Assembly: GCA_976551045.1 (NCBI GenBank)
Contig: CDPCPM010000458.1
Span: 2,232,001 to 2,296,000, forward strand
Direction: 5' to 3'
DNA from: Glaucostegus cemiculus
Taxonomy: Eukaryota
DNA: 64,000 nucleotides
A program made the position numbers and the translations under genes. Shown one piece after another: positions 25,826-37,676 of this stretch. Every line of letters begins with the position of its first letter. Position 1 is the first letter of the stretch. The notes beneath the pieces are model-generated. The model saw nothing but the letters and a program-made list of their open reading frames with translations. It made no database searches and had not been told where the DNA came from.

Positions 25826-26142
25826 GCCAATTCAGGAGTCCCCTGTTTTCTCTCTTCCTCCTTTATTAAGTTGCCAGAGGACCCCCACTGAAGAGGAAAA
25901 GAAGGGCTTGTACAGAATCTCCACCCCAGCTGTTTGCAAGTAGCCACATTTCTACCTCCAGTTCCTTGAGGAGCAATATAACTACAGGCTGCGGCTGTCA
26001 AAGTAGCCTGTAATCTTTGACTCACACAGCTCCAGCTGCGCAGACTACACCAGTGGCAGAGATCATTGACACCCTGAACCTCTCAGCCCCACAATGATTC
26101 TGGGCAGCAGTGTTCATCTAGGGCCCCTCATAGGTGGATCAT

Positions 26143-26650
26143 AGTGGATCATAGGTGTCTCGCTTCCATCCCTCGCAGACATATACAAAGACCGTTGTGT
26201 GAGGAAGACCAAAAGCATAATGGCCGACCCCTCTCACCCCTCCCACCACCTCTTCACAATTTTGCCATCAGGGAGGAGGCTTAAATGTATCAGGGCAAGA
26301 ACGTCCAGGCTGAACAATAGCTTCTTTCCGCAAGCCATCAGAACTGCAAACTCTCTCATCCCTCCATCTTCCTTTGTTAACACTAGGAGATGCTAGGTGC
26401 ACAGAAATGCACCAGCACTTTAAATGCCCGACACCAGCCCGTTCACTTTAAGATCTATTTATGTAAGAACTAATGGGTAATGTTTTGTACTGTGTATTCT
26501 GCCAAGTGTGTATGTGTCTCTCTGTTGGTTGTTATGTTATTCTTTTTTTATGAGACGTGTTCCTGTGGAGGACGGTATCTCGCTCCTATGCGTACCATGT
26601 ATGTATATGGTTGTGACAATAAAACTGATTCTGATTCTGATTCTGATTCT
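26143..26650 (+). mobile_element. Rex1/Babar LINE, young 5'-truncated copy nearly identical to 9464-9970
   Basis: ORF 26199..26396 translation is identical to the C-terminus of ORF 9717..10088. (TTCTGA)n tail. Confidence 0.95.
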
Positions 26651-26654
26651 CAAC

Positions 26655-26845
26655 ACAGTTTGCACACAAACAAACACACAAAAACACCCATGCACACTCC
26701 CCCCCACACACACACATACTCCCCACACAGTGACACACACACAAACACAACACAAAAATGTACATGCATACTCCGCACACACATGCACACACACACAAAG
26801 TCATACACACAAACACAAGCTTATTCACACATACACGCACACACG
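26655..26845. repeat. Degenerate (CA)n microsatellite
   Basis: Direct reading. Confidence 0.9.
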
Positions 26846-27729
26846 GTGAACCTGTGTTTGTGCCTGTACCTTGTTTCCTACAGCACCAACAATGTGAATG
26901 ATATTCCCATGTGGTCTGATCAAGGCTTGTCCAGCTGAAGGTTAACTTCACTTTTTTATTCCAATTGCCTTTTGATTTTTTTACATGCTGCAACTTTCCA
27001 TGACTTGTACTGATATCGAAATTGTTTGTTCCTCCACACTTCCTAAACTCTCACCTTTAAAAATACAAACTGTCCTTGAATCCAGTGTAATGAAAATTGA
27101 TGATGTCATATTTCCCCAGACGAAGTCCATTTGTGATTTTTTTTCCCCACCCAACATCCCTTAATAACTTTCTGATCCCATTTATTTACTGTGCCTCCAG
27201 TTGTATCATCTTGAGAGCTTGGATACACAACTCTCAGCTTATTCTTGTGCAGTGAAAACTGAAGCCAGGATAGTGGGGATTGTGCTCAGATACTACAGAT
27301 TGCTACTGCAATATAAATAAAATTCAGAGCAGCTCTGTGTCCCTAATTCTGGACATTACAAAAAAAAATCATGACATTGAAAGGGTATGAAGCCTTTCTA
27401 AATAACAAGTGTCTTTTAAACCAGAGATCATATTCTTGATCTTCCACTGGTCTTATCTTCTAGCCAACATTTGAAGAGTCCAAAATTGGAGCAAGCATTT
27501 AAATGTGGCTTACCCAAGAGTTTATGGACCGGGTGTTCCATTGTCGAGGGTCCTGTAACACACACAGCTGCTCTGGGGATAGACCCTCAGCACTGGTCAC
27601 AGATATCGATAATAAGCAAGTTCAGGCATCTATTTCAGACCTTTCAGAAGCCTGAGACACTACAAGCTGTACTGCAGTGAATTAAATACATTTTAACGAG
27701 TACTCACGGACATGATCAAGGAAGGAAGG

Positions 27730-28020
27730 CAAGAAATGTTCACACAGCAAGTTCACCCATAGGCAATGGTCTGGACATTGTGCCGGATATTCCGGGGAAA
27801 CTTGTCCTGCTCATCTTAAGCACAGCCTCAGGGGATCATTCACAACAACCTGAATGTCCAGGAGGGACCTCGATTTAACACTTTAACTGGAAGATGTTGT
27901 GACACTGCCCGAGTGCTGAGTAAACACGTCAGGCAAGATTTTGTGCTTGTGCAGAGTAGAATTTTTACAATCTCCTGAACACAGAGATGCGACTAAGACA
28001 CTGGGCCGCCACTGACAGTA
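27730..28020 (-). mobile_element. Ancient Deu-domain SINE (SacSINE1-like), degenerate
   Basis: CACACAGCAAG.TC.C...GGGATC.TT...ACCTGA...CCTCGATTTAAC resemble the recalled consensus. Confidence 0.5.
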
Positions 28021-28339
28021 TTCAACAATACCTTTTTAAAGAGTTTTAAACAATATCACAAGATCCTGTTCCCTCTCAACTAATTCTAAATCAGTAATAT
28101 CTTGTATCTAAGTCCCTTTGGTATTGACCCTTCCCAGGTACATTGCACTGCATTTGTCCAAGGGAAGGGCCATCTATCAGAGGTCGAGCCAATCTCCCAG
28201 CACATTTAGATCCCCCTGCAGAAGGTCCTTGTGAGTTATTCCACAGACTCCTGGATTGCAAACAAAAATTCCCAATGTTCCTTCTGCTGCCTGATGCCCC
28301 CTGAATTGATTTAGTTCTAAATGTGCTCTTTCTTGCATA

Positions 28340-28493
28340 TCTTTCAATATATCTTTGATTTAACATTTTGTATAATTTATGTTTATGTTTTTCTTGTGAA
28401 TGTGCATCAGGTGCCATGTGCCTGTGATGCTGCTGCAAGTCAGTTTTCCATTGCTTCTCTGCATACATGTACTTGTGCATAAACTCAACTTTG
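28340..28493 (+). mobile_element. Rex1/Babar 3' UTR fragment
   Basis: CCTGTGATGCTGCTGCAAG...TACATGTACTTGTGCAT..AAACTCAACTTTG, the reverse complement of the motif at 22460-22550. Confidence 0.75.
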
Positions 28494-28635
28494 GTGTTTA
28501 GTTATACACTCTTACTGAACCCTTTATCGCAGTGAACTTACCAGGAATATCAAAATAAATGTGTATCATTTTATGATATATCAACATTATTGACACTTCT
28601 TGTCAGTTCCATTAATTTGCTCTGTTTCACGTAAG

Positions 28636-30560
28636 TGGTGACAGATGGGCCAACTGTTGAGATAATGGGAAAAGGAGTAACAACTGGAGCAGCCGACTGT
28701 AACCTCTGGTGCCATGGCCGTGGATGTGGTGGTAGATGGAATGACGTCTGTGATAATGGTGACGAGTTCCACAGCATGCTTTCAGTACTGCTGATAGGAA
28801 GCTGCTGGGCCCATAGGTGCCTGATATGCCTGGGGTAACAGTTAGGAAAATGATGGTTGAGCAAATGCTATGAGAAGCTGAGCAAAGTGTGTCAAATTCT
28901 GTTGGGCCTTGGAGTTGTCCACAGCAAGAGATGATGCCCGTCATGGTGAACGAAAAAGTTCTAGGTCCATAGGGTAAAACAGAAACACAAAAAAACAGTA
29001 ATAGTGTAAAATATGGAAGCACTGTGGTGTACAGCATGGTTGCCAGAAGGAGAAATGCCCAGTTTAAAGGAAAGAATGCCACAGGAACATTAGGGCAATT
29101 GACTTTTTATTCCTATGCAAAGTGAAAAGGACTAGGAAAGGGAGAAGACCAAGTCACAATGAAGAGTCCAGAGGCAACGTACAGTCCCTGTTGGATATTT
29201 GAGAGAAAGAAAGACAAGGTCAAGGTCATGATAGGAACCAAGGCAGGGTGGAGGTGGAACCAGTGAACAGAGTGGAGGAGGCCCAATACTCAGCGCACAC
29301 CTTCGGTAGTACAGAAGCAGAAGGAAGAGGGACGCAGTGCTGGATACACATGGGTGCAACCTGTCATATCATTCCCAAGTTGGCAATGAAACTTAAACAG
29401 ACAAAATAGCTAATGGTAGTGTACAATGCAAGCTGAAAGTGAACACTGCAGAGAACAGAAAGAAGAATAAGGCAAAGTTTATTGCATTTGAAAACTATGT
29501 GCTGATCCTTGGTAACCATGCAGTCCAATAAATGCAACTGGAAACAGCACAAGGAACTTGCTGAGAGTACAGTCTCCAGCAGCTGCTGGATGAATTTGCA
29601 GATAAGTTTCAGGAACTGGAAAGGCGGAGGGAAAATATCGTCTGGAGCCGGATGGCGGTAAACAATCTGTGGAACACCCTGAGAGAGGTGTTCCAGGAGC
29701 TGTCACAGAGGAACTGAAGGCTGAGCTTGGAAGACTGCTGGAAGCAACAATTATTGCATCAGTTAACACTCTGACCTCAGGGTATCAAAGTTGGTGAGTG
29801 AGTGGGGGTGTGGGGGGCAATGGGGCTGAGCCAAACAGGCTGACACTTTATTTGGACGTACATGGTGTGGGTTGGGCTCTGATGGTGAACCATCAAATGG
29901 AGATGATTGAAGGTTTTGTGTCATTTCTGAGCAGAGCAAAGTTCTTCACTGTGCTGGACGCAGGAATGAAGTCCAAACGCAGAGGCCGGCAGCTGTAGTG
30001 CAGCACGGAGAAATGGCTACCAACATGGAAAGGTGTTGCATTCATTGGATGGACATCCATGAGCTCACAGCCCAGTGTTTGCAGGCTTGGCCACAGCAGA
30101 GCCAGTGCTACACTACTTCAATGACAGAAAAGAGCTGATATTACGCACGAAGGGCCAGGGAGTAGCTATCATGCAAAATGGCCAACCAGCGACAACCATT
30201 GAGATACACCGGCTCAAGCTGAAAAGGAGCTATTGGCTGTGAGATCTGGGCTTTCCACTAGAGGTGGGGGGGGAATTGGGGGGTAGTGGGGAGAGGTGGT
30301 GGGATAGAGGGGGGGGAGAGATGTGCATATGCACAGACTGATCACAAGCCCTTGAAGTGAGCATGATGAAGAATTACCACCAAGTTCCAGAGTGACAACA
30401 GAGACTGAGTGAACGCGTGCAGACAAGTGATACTCAGATTGTCTGCCATCCAGGCAGTGAGAAGAACATTCCTCACAGAATTAATCACACAGACCCTCCT
30501 ACAGAGTAGAAGGATTGTGGACATGGAAGAGGAGCAAGTGAATATGCTGAAGAGACTTTG
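28636..30560 (+). mobile_element. Decayed Ty3/Gypsy LTR-retrotransposon gag-pol internal region
   Basis: Motifs in order: Zn-knuckle-like HCGVQHGCQKEKCPV*RKECH (~29020), protease LDT/GATCHII (29340, frameshifted), RT ELKAELGRL and AKFFTVLDA (~29710, ~29936), RNase H GVAIMQNGQP, AQAEKELLAV and TDHKPLE (~30158-30357). Confidence 0.8.
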
Positions 30561-30569
30561 AGGAATCTG

Positions 30570-31370
30570 CAGACACAAGAAATTCTGCAGATGCTGAAAT
30601 CTGGAGCAATGCACAAAAAGTGCTGGAGGAACTCAGCAAAGTCAGGCAGCATCCACGGAGGGAAATAAACAGTTGAGGTTTTAGGCTGCGACCCCTCGTC
30701 AGGACTGGAAAGGAGGTGGACAGACTCAAGAATAAAAAGGTGGAGGGAGGGAGAGGAGCACACACAGGCAAGTTCAGGAGAGGGGGGAAGGTAGGTGGGT
30801 GGTGGAGGGGGGAGGGAAGATGTAACAAGCTGAGAGGTGATAGGTAGAAGAGGCAAAGGGTTGAAGAAGATGGAATCCTAGGAGGAGGCAGTGGACCATG
30901 GAATAAAGGATGGGGGAGGGGAGGAGAGGAGATGGGCAGGTCATCAAGGTGGGGGAAGGGAGCCAGAGGAACAAGGGAAGACAAAGGTATTGGTATTGGT
31001 TTATTATTGTCACTTGTACCGAGGTACAGTGAAAAACTTGTCTTACAAACTGATTGTACAGGTCAATTCATTACACAGTGCCATTACATTGAGTTAATAC
31101 AGAGAGCATTGATGTAGTACAGGTAAAAACAATAACAGTACAAAGTGTCACAACTGCAGAGAAAGTGCAATTCAATAAGGTGCAAGGTCACAACAAGGTA
31201 GATCGTGAGGTCATAGTCCATCTCATTGTTTAAGGGAACCGTTCAATAGTTTTATTCCCCCTCCCCCCCCCCCACACTTACAGAGCTGTGGGCATGGAGG
31301 GGGAAGAAGCAGAAGGGGTGGGGTTACCAGAAGTTAGAGAAATTGATGTTAAGCTACATCAGTTGTAAAA
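30570..31370 (-). mobile_element. Penelope-like 3' end interrupted by a Rex/Babar insertion
   Basis: Homologous to 50200-50704. Decayed hammerhead at ~30670-30708. GIY-YIG tail LNINFSNFW* at ~31324-31353. Confidence 0.85.
30986..31255 (-). mobile_element. Rex1/Babar 3' UTR with (ACCAAT)n tail
   Basis: GGTATTGGTATTGGTTTATTATTGTCACTTGTACCGAGGTACAGTGAAAAAC, same family as 15490 and 58430. Confidence 0.9.
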
Positions 31371-32634
31371 ATCAAGCATTTCCAGGTCAGGAGACTGCCA
31401 CATCCCACACACTACACAAGATGTCAGGAGCTCAGAAATAATTTTAAAACATAACTCACCAACAACCAACAGAATTTGACAAGGAACACATAATCTAAAA
31501 GATACTCTGGGTAACATTTTGCAGCACATGACAGTTAAGCTCAAATCTTTATTACAGCTGCATTAAATCAAAATGTAGCAAAACTGACTACTTTAACTCA
31601 CCTTTCCCAATACCTAAATGAATACTCCTCCCATTTTGATCTTTCTTTCTCAAGATAATGTGGCCCACCTTAGTAATCATTGCCCCTTGATGTGTCTTCT
31701 CTTCCCTTCTACAATTTCCAGATAGGTGTCTTCACTGTGGGTTCTGATCCCAAATCTGCATTACTACATTTTAAAAGAAAACATGCATATAAACATTGCC
31801 TGTAAGCTGTATAAAAATAGTGCATGTGATCCGCTAGTGAGGAGTTGCACCCACAAGGAGAGTGGATCATGGAGTGGATTTACATTTACTCTTTTGCTTT
31901 GTTGTTGATGTAGAACATTTCACTGTGAACTGTGAAAGTGAATTTATTTTATTGTAAGCACTTATATAAAGAAAAGGATGTGCCATTGTTTGGGATTCAG
32001 TCAGCAATTCCTGCGCAGCTGCATTTTTGATTTGATGTCACCAGTGAAGAAAATCCCACAGCAACCAAGCCTGAAGGAATTCAGAGGCCAAGGGCAGCAG
32101 CAAACTTGCTTTGATTGATCTGCAGCTACCTAAGTTTTTCTCCACATCATCTCCAATTACCACTTCTCTTGCTCAGTCCTGAGGGCTCACAGTGCAATGA
32201 TGCCTGAGATTTAAACCGTTCACTCTGTGTTTGGATCCTTCCATAGCCTCCCTCTGCATATCTCTGGATGCTGCCCAATCTAACATTCACTCCTGGGACC
32301 CTTTACATGCTGTAACCTTGAGCAACCCTCCTCTCCTGGCCCCACCATGGTTAGTCACGTATTCAAGCACCAAGGCTCAGCAGTTCATAGTTCAATCACC
32401 GTCTTCCTCTGATCCTCTGTAAAAATCCAGCTTCTTGGCCAAACATTAAACTTCTCGCCCCACTCTTTCCATTCATGCTGCATTTAAATTTCCCATTCCT
32501 CTGTGAAATTCTGAGATTTCATTCTACACTGAATATACTATATTAATGCAAAATCTGAATTGTGTTGTTGATATAGAGTGAGAACATACTTAGGACTCTA
32601 AACTTTAAGCAGTATATTCAACAATAACATCGTA

Positions 32635-32875
32635 CAAGCATGAGACTTAGGAGCAGGAACAGGCTGCTCAGCCCCTTGAACATGCTCTACCCTTCACGGC
32701 TGATCTGACTGTAACCTCAGTTCTCCATTCCTGCTAATTCCTCATAACCTTTCACCTCCTTGTTTGCCAAGAATCTGTACACTTCTGCCTTAGAAATTTT
32801 CAAGTACTCTGTTTCTATTGCCCCTTAAGAGAGACAGTTCCAAAACATTCATAATCCTCTAAGAGTATTGTGTTC
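32635..32875 (-). mobile_element. CR1 LINE 3' end, old
   Basis: AGGAGCAGGAACAGGC...CCCTTGAAC.TGCTC resembles the CR1 termini at 8730 and 23325. Confidence 0.65.
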
Positions 32876-34100
32876 CACACTGATCTGCAATCTCAGAGCT
32901 CAACACATCCCTTACATAACAATCCCAAACAAGCCAAACCTGGTTCCATGAAGAGCAAAGAAGACAATGTCAGGGGAAGCAGTAAGTGCACTTGGATGTC
33001 CTACAATCAGGAGTAAGTGTTTGCTAGGCAGTGGAAGCAGGAATAGACAGAATTTTGAAGATTCCAGAAACTAATGGATCACATCAGACCACTGCCCTCC
33101 CACAATTATTTGCAAATGTTGATGGACAACTAAACAACCAACAGCAGAACGAGACTCCATGATATCTCCTTTATCAACAGTGATGGAGCCCAGCCTGAGA
33201 ATGCGAAAGACAAGGCTGGAGAGTTTGCAGACGCTTTCAGCGAGAAACATCCAATGGATGATGCATCTCAGTTTCCTCTTGAGGTCCTGACCATAACAGA
33301 AGTCACTCTTCAACCAATTGTTTTCCTTCATCAGGTGATAGAGCTGCCCGAGTACATTGACTAGAGCACTATGACAACACACTGGCTGCAGCACTAACGA
33401 GCCATGTTTCAAGACTGGCTGTGCCTCCAAGCAAGCTCTTCCAGTGTAACAGCAGTACTGGCTTTAGCCCGACAAAACTGTTTGGGATGAAGCTGAGTCA
33501 TAAGGAGGGATGAGAACTGCTCCGCCTATCTTCTCAGTTATTAGCAGGTTTTTAAGCAGCACATTCAACAATATCATACGACATTAGGGTTTCACCAAGA
33601 CCACCAGCTCCAGACTTTGTCTCGATCAAACAAGGGCAAAGGAGCTGATTTCCAGAACTGAGGTCAGAGTAACCGTCCTTGACATCAAGACAGCATTTAA
33701 CCAAGAATGGCGTCAAGGAGCACTGGTTAACCTGAAGCCAATGTGCATCAAAGACAAAACATTAATGGTTGTAGTCATGTCTTGCGCAAAGGGCAATACT
33801 CAGAGTTGTACAACATGGAAACAGGCCCTTCGGCCCACCATTTCCATGCCGACTTTTTTGCCCATCTACACTAATCCCAGTTGTCTATATTAGAACCTTA
33901 AAGTGCCTAAGTTCCTCTGAAACATAGTAATTTTATCAGTTTCCACCACCTCCTCTGGCACAACCACTTCCTGGTTGTTGGAAGCAAGTCATTTCAGTCC
34001 CAGGAGTAGCTCAGAGCAGTGTCCTGGGCCCAGCCACATGCATCATAAACAAACTCCCCTCATTGCAAGGGCAGGAGTGGGATGTTCATTGTCGACGACA
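32876..34100 (+). mobile_element. Decayed LINE ORF2 of a third clade (RTE-X/Jockey-like), interrupted by a CR1 3' end at ~33805-33965
   Basis: VLDIKTAFNQEWRQGALVNL (RT motif LDIKAAFDRVWH) at ~33675 and AQSSVLGPA (PQGSVLGP) at ~34008. Confidence 0.65.
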
Positions 34101-34479
34101 CAAGGCGCAGAGATAAAGAAGGTCTCGGAGGAACTGAAAAGAAAAATAGATTAGAAGACAAGACAAAAATCAAAGAAACACACAGGAACCCCTTACTTGA
34201 TGTCACTCACTGTGTGGAACCTTCTCCATTTCTCATCCAGTACCTGCCCACCAGATTTTATAATCTTACTGACTTCTGACCCAGGTGTTTATTTGATCCT
34301 CTCAGATACGAGTTTCTTGCCTTCTGAAAATTATTCCAAGCTATCTTTCCCAGATCCGAAGAGGATATCTTTACACTTTCCTAGGTACAAGATGTATCAG
34401 ATGCTGATAGTGATTCTGGAAGGTTTAAACTTTTCCATTTCTCTTCTCAGTTCCCTGAGGACCTCCTAATCTCTATGCC

Positions 34480-34830
34480 TTGCTTTCACCGCTCTACAAC
34501 CTGCTAATCCTACACTTAATGTGTGAAGTTCTCCAACTGTCAGCCTTCTGGGATACTTGGCCTCCTCCAATTCTGATCTTCTGTGCAACCCCAGTTTGTA
34601 ATTGCTCCACTATTGTAGCCAGAGCTTCAGCTGCTCAAGCTCTGGCATTCCCTACCACCCCTCCACCATTTTTTCTCAATCACTCTCTGTTCCTTTAAAA
34701 TATTCCCAAACGCCTGTCTCCTCGGTCAAGTATTACTGCTCTTTTCCTAATATCTCTTCATATGGTTTGGTGAAGTATTGTTTGCAGATGACTTCTGCGA
34801 AGTGTCCAGAGTATGTCTCCATTGCTCCTG
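34480..34830 (+). mobile_element. L2-like LINE 3' end, old
   Basis: CTCCTCCAATTCTG...GCTCCACTATTG...CTTCAGCTG...AAGCTCTGG..TTCCCT matches my recollection of shark L2 3' ends. Confidence 0.5.
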
Positions 34831-35029
34831 TTGTAAATCCAGCCCCACTACTTTTATATTATTGAATTCAATTGGCCAAGTGCTCTAAGTGCAATGATAT
34901 ATAGTCACACAATAACATAGCTCTCCTGCATGTCTGTGTACTTACAGTGTGTGCATAGCTCTCTGCTGCCTCCAAGTCATGTTCTGCCTCAACACTGCCT
35001 GACATTGTGAGGGGTTTTAAATCAATGTT

Positions 35030-36420
35030 CAACCACTCTAAAATTATGAAAAGTTGGAACAGGGGAGATAGAAGCTGTCACAATGTTGATTGAAGAGCAA
35101 GCTCACAGAGAACCCAAATGCAGCACATTGGTACAAGACTGGAGTCAGGATACTTCCTCAGGACCAGACACAGGAAACACTGGAAGGAATCTTGCCTCAA
35201 AAATCTGAGTAGTAATCCCAACACGAACTGAATCTTCAAGCAGGACTAGAGAACACAGGACTGCTCTAGAGTAGACCACTCTAAGCAGCTAGAAGCCAAA
35301 GTATACCTCAAGATTGACCAATCCTCTGGCAACTAGTGCTAGCGAAACCCAGGTACTTATGCTAGGCCCCCTGATGGGGCTCAGGTGTGTGTCATTATGC
35401 AATCAGTCCAGCATGGAATCCATGTGCTGTACAATGAGGCATCTAAGGAACCAAATCAAGGGCCAGTACTCAGAATCACAACAGAAGCAGCCTTGTTGTA
35501 ATGATTTCAAGGTCAAGGCCATGACATCCAAACGCAAACATAACTTTCAAGCAATGGGCAGCAGAAACTCCTGCACCCAGAGAACAGCAGGTTGTGGAAA
35601 CTACTTCCAAAGTTAATGGCTGAGGCTAAAACTATGTCATACTTCAAGATTAGATTAGTTGATTAGATGAAGAAAGACAGACAGACTGGTAAACTGCTGG
35701 TAAAGTTGACAGATATATGGCAGATAACATTTAATGGAGAAAAATATGAAGAGGTTCACTTTGATAGGAGTAATGAAGGGAGCCAATATAAAGTAAATGA
35801 TGTAATTTCATATGATGTCAAGAACAGAGGACCCAAGGGCGTGTATACAAATCACTGAAGGTTGCAGGGTAAATTTGGAAGGCTTTTAGAAATAGAGACA
35901 CTGGGTATGAAGGCACAACAGTTGTGCTGAAATTTTATAAATCATTTGATGGATCTCAGCTGGAAAGTTTTGTTCAGTTTTAGGAACCAGACTTCAGCAA
36001 AGATTTCAAGAGGGAGAAAGCGAAAGCCCAATTATTATGGACTGGCATGTTATGGGAGATGAAAGAACTTATGTGGAGCGAATGCAGAGAGTAGGCTTAT
36101 TATTTAGAGCGGAAAAGGTTAAGGAAAGATTTAATACATGCCTTGAAGGATTTCAGCAGATAAGGGGAGTCAATTTCTTGAAAGGCTGAAAACCAGATTT
36201 AAGACATTTGTCAAAAAAGCAGAGACAAAAGGGTTGGAAATATGTTTGTGCTGATCGAGACTGTTCTGTGTGAAAGGGTAGTGGCAGTACATCCAGCAAA
36301 ATTCTCACAAAAGAACAATGGAAACTCTCGAATGGGGAAAGGTCCTGTAGGAATAGGGAATACCTAGGAGCAGGGAAGGGGCATGAACCAACAGGATCTT
36401 GCAATGAGCACACTCAGTAC
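35030..36420 (+). mobile_element. Two old CR1 fragments, the first split by solo LTR copy 3
   Basis: ORF 35667..35858 has LVKLTDIWQITFNGEKYEEVHF (CR1 W..WQM.FN..KC.V.HFG). Confidence 0.65.
35076..35483 (-). mobile_element. Solo LTR, family A, copy 3
   Basis: TGTCACAATG...ATCACAACA with perfect 5-bp TSD GAAGC (35071-35075 and 35484-35488). Confidence 0.92.
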
Positions 36421-36929
36421 TATATGCCAATTGGTGCTCTGACATCCCATGTTCTAAGATAAAGAACAATACCATATGTTGGCCTACTGGTTCTTAAAAT
36501 AGACAACGCCAGTCACTCCAAACGGTTACTTTGTAGAATGTGGGGCCATCCCTTTGTTTGTGGTTCCATCAAACCTGACATGAAGAAATGAAACCGGGCA
36601 GGTGGTAGAAGTATTGGTTGGGAAATTCCGTAAGTTTCAAAGAAGTTATGGAAAGGGATAAGGATGGTCCTCAAGGTAAGCTCCTAAACTGGGGAAGGCT
36701 GATTTCAATAGCGCAAGAGAGGACATGGTAAAAGTAGACTGAGAATAGATACTTGCGGGTAAAATGATATCTGACCTGTGGGACTCCTTTAGAGGAGAGT
36801 AAACAAGAGTTCAAGAGACCAGCATGCTCCAATAAGGACTAAATACAATGAGGTCACTGTCCTCCTATTAGATTCCATCTTCTTCAGCCCTTTGTCATTT
36901 CCACCTATCACCTCCCAGCTTCTTACATC

Positions 36930-37676
36930 AAAAATCCATGAAGACAACATCACATCTCCACCTTCCTTGATTACCTTTGTCACCTCCTCAGAAAACTAAA
37001 TCAAATTAGTAAGACACGACTTGGCCCACACAAAGCCATGCTGACTCACCCTAATTAGGCCAAGTTTTTCCAAATGCTTAGAAATCCTATCCCTAAGACT
37101 CCTCTCCAACAGCTTCCTTACCACTGACATGAGACTCACTGGTCTATAGTTTCCAGGATTAGGGTTAGGGTTAGGGTTATTGCCCTATTGCCCTTCTTGA
37201 ATAATGGAACAACATGAGCTACTCACCAGACATCTGAGGTCTCACCTGAAGCTAGAGAAGACACAAAGATCTTAGTCAAGGCCCCTGCAACCTCATCTCT
37301 TACCTCTTGCTACCAGGGTTATATCCCATCAGGTCCTGGGGCTTATCCATCTTAATGGTCTTCAAGAGCCAATATTATCTCTTTCTCCATCTCAAAATGC
37401 CCTAGCATATTAGCATGTTCTACACTGATCTCCCTATCCTCCATGTCCTTCTCCATGGCAAATGCTGATGCAGAGTACTCAGTTAGGACCTCATCCACGT
37501 CCTCCGCCTCCAAGCACATGTTCAGTCCTTTATCCTTGAGTAGTCCTACCCTCTCCCTCGTTATCCACTTGCTCTTGATGCATGCATAGAATGCCTTTGG
37601 ACTCTCTTTAATTGTACTTAACCAATGACTTTCACATGGCTCCCCCTGGTTCTCCTAGTTCCTTTCTTGAGTTCTT
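36930..37676 (-). mobile_element. CR1 ORF2 internal fragment, opposite to the flanking CR1
   Basis: Minus strand reads ..YRPVSLMSVVRKLLERVLRDRISKHLE...HGFV...VTKVIKEG. Confidence 0.85.
37159..37179 (+). repeat. Interstitial telomeric repeat (TTAGGG)3TTA
   Basis: TTAGGG at 37159, 37165 and 37171 inside the CR1 fragment. Confidence 0.9.
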
